Source: a virus. From it: DNA of 64,000 nt. The position numbers and the translations under genes were made by a program. A model generated the notes under the pieces. The model saw only the letters and a list, made by a program, of their open reading frames with translations. It had not been told where the DNA came from and made no database searches. Every line of letters begins with the position of its first letter. The first letter of the stretch is position 1. The stretch covers positions 1 through 64,000 of the IMG/VR virus record IMGVR_UViG_3300033150_002805; one strand, 5' to 3'. Positions 10,157-17,698 of this stretch are shown here, one piece after another.

Positions 10157-10724
10157 ACACTTTGTTTAAAATTTCATCTTTAACCACCCAATAATGAACT
10201 GGTTTTCTGCTTACCCCTGCACTTCTTCTTACCTTCCAATTTCCATACCAATTATTCAATAATTCTTCTACATGATTTGGAATAAGAAATTCAAGACCCT
10301 TAAAATGAATCGGGACTAGATATTCAAAAAATTTGATTTCGTTGATATGCACCCTATATTTATTATCTCTTTCTTGTACCACATCGATTCTTTTGTCTTT
10401 GATTTTAAAATACAATTCGAGATCAATTTCCTCATTTCTGTAAAATCTATAAAGAAAATAACCCTTTCTTTTTCCTTTTGAACAAATAATTGGAACTTCT
10501 TTTTCTACTCTAAAACCTTTTATTTTTGCTTTCTCAATTATCAAGGGAATCTTATCGGAATTTTCAGCAAACATTCCAATATCTATATCATTATCTCCAA
10601 AAATAAAATTTCTTTCACGAATCGCACCCAACAAAGTTCCTCCAATCAGAAAAAAGGGAACTTTTAGATTATCATAAATCTCCTTAACTTCTTTTAAATC
10701 TTCAAAAGCTTTTTCGAAATTCAT
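10143..10724 (-). CDS. LicD-family phosphotransferase
   Basis: GGTLLGAIRERNFIFGDNDIDIG, LLNNWYGNWK. Confidence 0.8.
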   Translation of the reverse strand: MNFEKAFEDLKEVKEIYDNLKVPFFLIGGTLLGAIRERNFIFGDNDIDIGMFAENSDKIPLIIEKAKIKGFRVEKEVPIICSKGKRKGYFLYRFYRNEEIDLELYFKIKDKRIDVVQERDNKYRVHINEIKFFEYLVPIHFKGLEFLIPNHVEELLNNWYGNWKVRRSAGVSRKPVHYWVVKDEILNKVCEND

Positions 10725-10735
10725 GATTAATTCTT

Positions 10736-11833
10736 TTAAACTTCTAACTTTTCAATTTTATCAAATTCTTTCTTGAATTGTTCAAACTTTTCAATTTCTT
10801 CATCGGTGGGTAATTTACATCTTCCACCCTTATAATACTTTTCGACTGCATCAACCACCATATAGGGTTCTATCAAACTAAAACATCTCGGAACTTTTTC
10901 TCCTTGAAATTCAACTAAATTTTTGCATTTTCCTTTATTACCTCCTAACCAACAACCATCCCATTCACAACATTTAAGACATCCATTTGTATAAAGATAT
11001 TGAATATGAGGATAGATTTGCCATCTAACTCCTTCCTTGCCTCCTGCAACAACTACTGCTGGCTGATTAAAAGCAGCTGACATTACAAATTGAAAAGAAA
11101 TAGGCCCAATTGTTCCCTCTGCCCAATAACATAATCGAATCAATTGCCTAGTATTTGTTTTACCAACTAAATCAAGAACTCCTTTCAATTTTGGATGAAC
11201 ATGACTTGCATGACCAATCTGAACTAATTTCACCCTTCCTTGAAATCTCTCATTAAATAAATCAACAACTTCCTGCCACCTATGATATTGTTTTAATTCA
11301 TTATCTTGTTTTCTTCCTGCATTTAAAAGCCAGAAAGGTCCATCCCAACCGAATTCGCAATGTACTTGATTATACCAACTCTTTTCTTGATCCGAAATCC
11401 ATAATTCTGGTCTTATTCCAGTTTTTTTGATTGGAATACCGAGTTTCTTTTCTAAATCATAACGAAATGCATCTGTAAAATGTAAACCACGCCATCCACT
11501 CTCATTTATCAAGTCATAAGTGATATTAAAAATTTCTACTTCTGGATCATCTTCTTTTAAAGGAGTTAAGCGAGGATTATTTTGCCAAATTTCGGGTGCA
11601 GGACTTCTGATATCAATCTTGTAATTCTTATAACTTTCTGCTAAATCTCCTACAGCTCTGGTAAAAGTTAATATATCACCTGGACTCTGTCCTTGACGAA
11701 GGATTACTTTTCTTTTAGCATTAACAATTTCGGGATGTTTCTCAGCCCACTCATCCCAGTAGATATTTATATTCGAATACTCATAATGCTCAGGGACAAT
11801 TGCCTTGTTTTCGTCTTTATTCATAGTTTTCAA
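10736..11833 (-). CDS. GT9 ADP-heptose-dependent heptosyltransferase-like protein with Cys-rich C-terminus
   Basis: SPGDIL, IWQNNP, LVQIG, LDLVGKTNTRQLIRL, C-terminal CLKCCEWDGCW..KC..RCFSLIEPYMV; true ATG probably 11824. Confidence 0.7.
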   Translation of the reverse strand: MKTMNKDENKAIVPEHYEYSNINIYWDEWAEKHPEIVNAKRKVILRQGQSPGDILTFTRAVGDLAESYKNYKIDIRSPAPEIWQNNPRLTPLKEDDPEVEIFNITYDLINESGWRGLHFTDAFRYDLEKKLGIPIKKTGIRPELWISDQEKSWYNQVHCEFGWDGPFWLLNAGRKQDNELKQYHRWQEVVDLFNERFQGRVKLVQIGHASHVHPKLKGVLDLVGKTNTRQLIRLCYWAEGTIGPISFQFVMSAAFNQPAVVVAGGKEGVRWQIYPHIQYLYTNGCLKCCEWDGCWLGGNKGKCKNLVEFQGEKVPRCFSLIEPYMVVDAVEKYYKGGRCKLPTDEEIEKFEQFKKEFDKIEKLEV

Positions 11834-12623
11834 AATAATCTTTTATACCAGATTCGACTGTATATTCTGGTTTGAAACCCCAAGAAATATCTGCTTTAGT
11901 AAAAATTTGATATTTTCCTAAATAAGGATTGCTAATGAACTTAGGTTCAATTCTTACCCCCAAAGTTTTAATCACTATTTTCAAAACATCTCTAAAATCG
12001 GTTGCTATTCCTGTTCCGACATCATAAATTCCACTTCTCAGTTTTTTTGCTATTAGTAAGGATTTGATAACATCTTTAACATAGATGAAATCTCGTTTAA
12101 ACTCACCTTTGAAAATAACAGGTCGCTCTCCTCGTTTAATTTGTTCTCGCCATTGGGTAATCATACTTGCCATCTTTCCTTTTTTCTTTTCTCTAGGACC
12201 ATAAACATTCATAAATCTCAATCCAACAATCGGAATCTTATTCCAATATCGTTTAGCCAATTTATCATTCGTTAATTTGGTCTCACCATAGGCATTCAAT
12301 GGAAAATTATTATTGCCATAAACTGAACCAGAGGAAGCATAAACTAATCTTACTCTGTTATCAACGCAATATCTTAAGACATTCAAAAAACTTACGATAT
12401 TATTTCTATACATCTCTATGTCATCAGAAAAAGTGGTATCTGTATTCGCTGCTAAATGAAATATAATATTGGGTTTCTTATTTGGAAAAAATTTAACAGA
12501 AATATCATCATTATATTCTTCAATAAGGTTTTTGCTATCTTCTTGTAATTTTTGAACTAAATTTGAAGCAATAAAACCTTGACTTCCAGTAACACAATTC
12601 TTAATTTTATTTTTCTTGGCCAT
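11817..12623 (-). CDS. hldD: ADP-L-glycero-D-manno-heptose 6-epimerase-like
   Basis: VTGSQGFIASNL, YASSGSVYG, PLNAYGETK, LRFMNVYGPRE.KKGKMASM, RDFIYVKDV, YQIFTKAD. Confidence 0.8.
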   Translation of the reverse strand: MAKKNKIKNCVTGSQGFIASNLVQKLQEDSKNLIEEYNDDISVKFFPNKKPNIIFHLAANTDTTFSDDIEMYRNNIVSFLNVLRYCVDNRVRLVYASSGSVYGNNNFPLNAYGETKLTNDKLAKRYWNKIPIVGLRFMNVYGPREKKKGKMASMITQWREQIKRGERPVIFKGEFKRDFIYVKDVIKSLLIAKKLRSGIYDVGTGIATDFRDVLKIVIKTLGVRIEPKFISNPYLGKYQIFTKADISWGFKPEYTVESGIKDYFENYE

Positions 12624-12647
12624 AAAAAAGAAAAAAAGAGTTCAGAG

Positions 12648-13310
12648 TCATTTTGATTTTTGAACCTTTATTTCACCTACATTAACTATATGGCAATTTG
12701 GACAGAGCTTTTCTAATTTGGTAACTATTCTTGAATCGTTTTCATAAAATTCTTCAATTTTTAGTTTCTTAATCATCTCTGCCTTCCATCTTATTTCTTT
12801 CTCAAGAGTTTTTTCATTAATTGTTATAGCATTAAAATAAACTGGATGTTTCTCTCTTATTTTTCTATTTACCCTTTTTATTTCTTCAAAACTTCTACCC
12901 GTGATTATTGGAGCATCCTTTTCTGGTTTAATACCCGCTGTGATTACTCCATCATAATCATAGGCCCTTCTTAACTGAACTTTTCCCGATTGTTCTTTTC
13001 TATAAGAATCTGAATCTTCATGATGAGAAGAGAACTCTACAATTTGAGCATCTGTTAATCCAGTAAATCTGTGTAATACTCTGGGTTTGATATGAACCGA
13101 ATCTTTTGGTTTCATTATCCATTTTTTTCTTTCTACTTCCATTAGAACTTTACCACGAATAAGATAGAACGTTTCATCTTTTTTCTTATGATAATGAAGA
13201 CTACAACGAAAACCCCTCTTCAATTTTAAGAGCTTTCCACAATAATCTTTCTGATTTTGAATCCAAATTTCTTCTCCCCAAATTTTTGAAACTTTTTTAA
13301 TTTTATTCAT
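12648..13310 (-). CDS. Cupin (sugar isomerase-like) fused to HAD-like domain
   Basis: KIWGEEIW, SLHYHKKKDETF, HRF cupin motifs; AYDYDGVI (DxDG), ITGRS, FYEND HAD motifs. Confidence 0.7.
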   Translation of the reverse strand: MNKIKKVSKIWGEEIWIQNQKDYCGKLLKLKRGFRCSLHYHKKKDETFYLIRGKVLMEVERKKWIMKPKDSVHIKPRVLHRFTGLTDAQIVEFSSHHEDSDSYRKEQSGKVQLRRAYDYDGVITAGIKPEKDAPIITGRSFEEIKRVNRKIREKHPVYFNAITINEKTLEKEIRWKAEMIKKLKIEEFYENDSRIVTKLEKLCPNCHIVNVGEIKVQKSK

Positions 13311-14082
13311 GAATTAATTCTTTTAAAGAAACAACAGAAGTTCCGAATCGAGAAACAACAATTCCAGCAGCCTTATTAGCAAGTTTCATCATACTCTCAG
13401 GATTAGTAATTCCAACAGACAAACAATAAATTAAGACTGCCATTACTGTATCACCAGCACCCGTAACATCAATAACTTCCTTAGATATAACAGGAACATT
13501 CATTCTAAATTTTCCGTTTTCATAGTAATTTATTCCATTCTTACCTTGGGTAATAAAAGCTTGAGGAAAATTCACATTATAAGCTTCCTCGTATTCCTTC
13601 CGATTAATTTTCAAAATCTGTGAACCTTTGAAAACTGATAAATCTTTCTTTTTAGTATCAACTATAGTTGCTTTTCCACCATTAACAATTCCCTTATTAT
13701 AATCAACAAAAGCTATCAAATCAAATTCAGAAGAGGGATATTCCAATCTTTCTAAATCTTGAGTTCGATAAACTTGGGGTTCATCGACTCTTAAAAGTTG
13801 TTGATTCTGAGCAACAAACCTTGTCTTAACCAAGGAAACACAATTCTTAGGAGTTCTAACTTCGAAGGAAAAATTTTTCAAAAAATTTTTATCTACTATT
13901 GTAAATACTACAGGCTGAATGCCCAAAGAGGATAAATTTTTTGCCACGTTCAAAGCACCTCCCAAACGAATTTCTGTCTTTTTGATATCCAGAACTGGAA
14001 CTGGAGCTTCAGGAGAAATTCTATCAACTTCTCCAAAACAATATTTATCCAAAAAACTATCACCAACTATTGCAACTTTCAT
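13303..14082 (-). CDS. hldA: D-glycero-D-manno-heptose-7-phosphate kinase (HldE/RfaE domain I)
   Basis: GDSFLDKY..G.VDRISPEAPVPV, LGGALNVA, QQLLRVD, DYNKG, DVTGAGDT. Confidence 0.85.
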   Translation of the reverse strand: MKVAIVGDSFLDKYCFGEVDRISPEAPVPVLDIKKTEIRLGGALNVAKNLSSLGIQPVVFTIVDKNFLKNFSFEVRTPKNCVSLVKTRFVAQNQQLLRVDEPQVYRTQDLERLEYPSSEFDLIAFVDYNKGIVNGGKATIVDTKKKDLSVFKGSQILKINRKEYEEAYNVNFPQAFITQGKNGINYYENGKFRMNVPVISKEVIDVTGAGDTVMAVLIYCLSVGITNPESMMKLANKAAGIVVSRFGTSVVSLKELIHE

Positions 14083-15071
14083 GACAAATATCCTTTATTT
14101 TTAAACAAATCCTCTTTTTCAAAAGAACGACCCTTTATTTTTTTTAACAACCGAGTTGTTGAATAGTTTGCTAATCTTGGAATAATCACTACCTTTCCAC
14201 CATAATCTCTTACAAAATCATGTCCTATTACTGTTCGTTTAGTGTAATCACCTCCTTTTACTAATACATCGGGTTTGATTCGTTTTATCAGACGTAAAGG
14301 ATTACTTTCATTAAAAATCTCGACTTTATCAACATATTTTAAGGACTCAAGAATTTTCTTTCGTTCTTCTTGATTATTTATCGGTTTTCGTTTTATTCTT
14401 GTTGCTGATGTATCAGAATTAAGACCAACTATCAAAATATCTCCTAATTTTTTTGCTTCTTTCAACAAATAGATATGTCCCAAGGTTAATAAATCATAAA
14501 CTCCATTTGTGAATACCACTAATTCTTTTTTATATACTGCACTATAAATATCTTTTCTTATTCCGCATTCAACTTCTGGATAACCAGATTTAATAAGTTT
14601 GAAACCTCTAGCTTCAAAGAATAAATTCAAACTTTCCTTTGTAAAATAATGAAGATGTTCTCCAGTATCAAACTTAAAATGTTTCCAACCTCTTAATTTT
14701 TTTCCATCTGGAAGGATAGGTAAAGAAATGTAAACATAACGAGTCTTCTTAAATATCTTATCCAAAACTCTAAAATCTGGAATATGTTCCAAAACATCGC
14801 AAAAAAAGATTAGGTCATAAGATGTATGCCTAATCCCAGTATATTTTATTGGAAATTCACCAATATCAAAAGAATCAACTAAAACCCCTTTAGGAGAGAA
14901 TTTAGTCAAAAAGTTGGCTCCTGCTCCATAATCCAAAACGATCTTTGGTTTCAACTCTTTAACAAAATTCCAGCGAACTTTATTTAGTTTTTTCGCTGTT
15001 TTCTCGTAATCTTTTGAAATTGTTTTCCAATATTCTTTATTATATCGAAACAAATTTTTCTCTTTTTCCAT
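14079..15071 (-). CDS. hldC: SAM methyltransferase fused to heptose-1-phosphate nucleotidyltransferase (HldE/RfaE domain II)
   Basis: VLDYGAG, DVLEHI, EHLHYF; VFTNGVYDLLTLGHIYLLKEAKKLGDILIVGLNSD, IKPDVLVKGGDY, YSTTRL; start trimmed to ATG at 15071. Confidence 0.8.
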   Translation of the reverse strand: MEKEKNLFRYNKEYWKTISKDYEKTAKKLNKVRWNFVKELKPKIVLDYGAGANFLTKFSPKGVLVDSFDIGEFPIKYTGIRHTSYDLIFFCDVLEHIPDFRVLDKIFKKTRYVYISLPILPDGKKLRGWKHFKFDTGEHLHYFTKESLNLFFEARGFKLIKSGYPEVECGIRKDIYSAVYKKELVVFTNGVYDLLTLGHIYLLKEAKKLGDILIVGLNSDTSATRIKRKPINNQEERKKILESLKYVDKVEIFNESNPLRLIKRIKPDVLVKGGDYTKRTVIGHDFVRDYGGKVVIIPRLANYSTTRLLKKIKGRSFEKEDLFKNKGYLS

Positions 15072-15246
15072 GGTGGGAATCTCTTTTAAGGTTAGAGAAT
15101 CTCGGAAAGGTCTAATTCTCCAACCCACTTTCTTCTTTTTTTAATTCCTTGAGACCTTTCCATTTCATTGAGTTCAACGAATCTAACAAAGATAGATTCT
15201 CCCCCAATGAAAGACTCAAGGATGCTTAATCTATTGACTTTGAGAA

Positions 15247-16036
15247 TTACCAATCAGAACTTCCAGCGTATGCATACTGCCACATTCCAAAACCAGCATT
15301 TCCTCGCCAACTCACACCGAAATATATTTTCTTTCTCATGAAATCTTCCCAGGTATTTCCAGCATGAGTTTCAAATGTGATATCTTTTCTTAATTGTAGG
15401 ATAATTGGTTTTACTATTCCATTGGTATCCATCACACACCAGAAGTTAGTTGGCACACGAGAAGTAACATATAAATCTAACAATCCTTTCATCACATTCG
15501 TTGCAAGTTTTGTACCTGATACCTCAGTTGGGAAATATTGACTATTCAAGATTTCTCTCGCCAAGAACATGTTATTAGGATGAACTACTAACAAGTTTGG
15601 CCTGATATCCATTTCATTTCCTTTATCATCTACATATTGCATCATTGTCTGAATAGCAGTCTGCAAAGCACTAAAACTGAAAGCTGTACCTGTTGCTATA
15701 TTGGATTGAATTCCTGAACTACCAGATGAATGAGATGCTGAGAAGAAGGGCTGACCATCATAACAAGTGATATCCTTTCCCTCAAATAATCCAGTACCAG
15801 TAGATAAATTACCTTGACCCAAAAGGGTATAAACCAATCTACCCCAGAATCTTTTTGCCTTATCAGCTAAATCTCGAACTCTAATATTAATCTGCCCATA
15901 AAGCTCATCTTCCAATGCATCTTTATCAACTGCTATAGTGCTTTCCCAACTGTAGTTCTTGATGCTGAAATTGTGTTCGAGTAAAGCTTCAGGAACTCGT
16001 TCATCCTTCCATTCTTTTAGTTCAGGGACTCCACCT
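15247..16036 (-). CDS. Major capsid protein, Mu gpT-like, exon 2
   Basis: GGVPELKEWKDER...NYSWESTIAVDKDALEDE.YG, CYDGQPFFSASH, PNLLVV, GFGMWQYAY; spliced gene is 311 aa. Confidence 0.9.
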
Positions 16037-16999
16037 CTATTAACCTTTTATATTTCTATAAAAGCTAGACCATCTCATCCACTAAAAGTGGTCTGACGTA
16101 TGGCCGTTGAGGATCTTCAATCTCTGATAATCTAAGATATCTAAATCAGAATACGGTCTTGAATTTGATAAGGATAAACGCCTTTCACAAAAATCTTTTA
16201 TGATAGCGATTTTCCCATTTAAATCAATAGTTTCAAATCTTTTACAAAATTTAAAACATCTTTTAAGACCTAATATACTTATAACATATTTTGGTTTATT
16301 CCGATTTTTATCAAATCGCTGGATATGATGAGGAATTTTTTTATTTTCAAAGAATCTTTGAATTGAATTTTTCCCAGTTTGAGAAGTAGTAAAGAATCTA
16401 ATTCTAGGAATATACTTTGTTCGTTCACCCTTATAATTTCTTTTGATTATAGTAGCACTACCATCTCCTTCCCAAAATCCCATCAACCAATATTTATCAA
16501 TTTTCATTGTTGAAATCTTCTCTTTTTCTAAACTTGATTGAAAAGATTCTTTATAATTTTGGCGAAGCTTTGGTTCTATTTTGAGACTCTCTTTTATAAT
16601 CTCAGATTGATATTTTTTGATAACTAATTTGGGATTAATCAATTTAAGCCATCTGGAAACCTGTGGATCTCCTTTGATAAAAATAGAAGTTTGAATTCTA
16701 TACCAAGATTTTCGTTTTCTAATCGTAAGATGAAATTTAATCTCATTCAACTTAAGAAAATTGATATAACAATCAATAATCTTGGAATTAGTATTCACAA
16801 ATCCTATTATCGGATTCCAATATTTTCTTTTCTGTTTCTCAAAAGTAAACCAACCTTCGGCATCAAATAATCCAGCGATATAAGATTGAATTTCCTGCTG
16901 ATTGCCCGTTAAAATATCTTTCATATATTACCTAATTAGTTATGAAAGCTTTAGGGTTTTCCAGCATTTAGTCAGATTTTTCATGGTCAGGTGGTTTCT
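16037..16999 (-). mobile_element. Group I intron (963 nt) in the major capsid gene
   Basis: Exon ends in U, intron ends in G; IGS CCACCU-GACCAUG pairs with 5' exon CAUGGUU (U.G at the splice site) and 3' exon AGGUGG (P10); core-like AAUGCUGGAAA, UCAACGGCCAUACG, AUGGUC; splicing restores YAWLGGVPELKEW in frame. Confidence 0.92.
16082..16924 (-). CDS. Intron-encoded double-motif LAGLIDADG homing endonuclease
   Basis: YIAGLFDAEGWF and WLMGFWEGDGSA. Confidence 0.9.
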   Translation of the reverse strand: MKDILTGNQQEIQSYIAGLFDAEGWFTFEKQKRKYWNPIIGFVNTNSKIIDCYINFLKLNEIKFHLTIRKRKSWYRIQTSIFIKGDPQVSRWLKLINPKLVIKKYQSEIIKESLKIEPKLRQNYKESFQSSLEKEKISTMKIDKYWLMGFWEGDGSATIIKRNYKGERTKYIPRIRFFTTSQTGKNSIQRFFENKKIPHHIQRFDKNRNKPKYVISILGLKRCFKFCKRFETIDLNGKIAIIKDFCERRLSLSNSRPYSDLDILDYQRLKILNGHTSDHF

Positions 17000-17145
17000 A
17001 ACCATGCATATGGTTCAACGGATTTCCCTGATCTAATTAAAGTAGCAACTCTTTCCCATTCAGGAACGGTCATTTTCAGTTGTTTCATAAACTCCTTTCT
17101 CATTCCCGCAAGCAATAGATTAGGTATATCTGTTTTTGTTAACAT
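17000..17145 (-). CDS. Major capsid protein exon 1
   Basis: MLTKTDIPNLLLAGMRKEFMKQLKMTVPEWERVATLIRSGKSVEPYAW(L); 146 nt joins exon 2 in frame. Confidence 0.88.
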
Positions 17146-17151
17146 AGTTTA

Positions 17152-17676
17152 TTATCCACTCGAACAACTTGAACTGCAACTTGAGCTTGAACTCTCACTA
17201 GAACTAGACGAGCAAGAACTTGAAGAACTCCAAGATTCCTCTGTCCAAGTAGTTGAAGTAGCACAACAAATATCAACTTTTACTAAAGTAGAACTGATAT
17301 AACCAACTACTACACCTACAAGTACTCCATTAGTAACTTGCTGTCTAAGTCCAACGGTATTATCATCAACTACAAATACCTGATGACCAACCCAAGATTG
17401 AGTAGCTCCAGAACATGGAAGCTGAAATACTCCGTTTCGGAATACTCTTACTCCTCTGGCTCCATCTGAGTCGGTATCTACGTCATCAGATAAAGAACGC
17501 TCAACAGCAATCCCAGCAAAAGTATAGCCAGCACTATCCGTTGCAGCATACAAATAACCATTGCTATTATTAGTAGTCACAATCGCTCCTTTATAAATAT
17601 CTTCACCATTCTTAATCGGATAGTAGATTATATGTCCATCTTGACGTTTGTCTTCAAAGTCATCACTGAGTGCCAT
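17152..17676 (-). CDS. Capsid decoration/cement protein with Ser/Cys-rich C-terminal tail
   Basis: IYKGAIV..GY, FAGIAVE, V.V.RNGVF, VGHQVFVVDDNTV; lies between scaffold and MCP; ends SSSSSCSSSSSESSSSSCSSSCSSG. Confidence 0.75.
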   Translation of the reverse strand: MALSDDFEDKRQDGHIIYYPIKNGEDIYKGAIVTTNNSNGYLYAATDSAGYTFAGIAVERSLSDDVDTDSDGARGVRVFRNGVFQLPCSGATQSWVGHQVFVVDDNTVGLRQQVTNGVLVGVVVGYISSTLVKVDICCATSTTWTEESWSSSSSCSSSSSESSSSSCSSSCSSG

Positions 17677-17698
17677 CAATTATTAATTTGTTAATGAA

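Noticed and set aside
1223-15128. Host chromosomal LPS/capsule locus flanking a prophage
   Set aside because: Embedded between phage structural genes on the same strand with similar composition; no transport or polymerase genes and no att/integrase boundary
15247-15915. 222-aa stand-alone capsid ORF starting at TTG
   Set aside because: It is part of exon 2; the true start is 17145 across a group I intron
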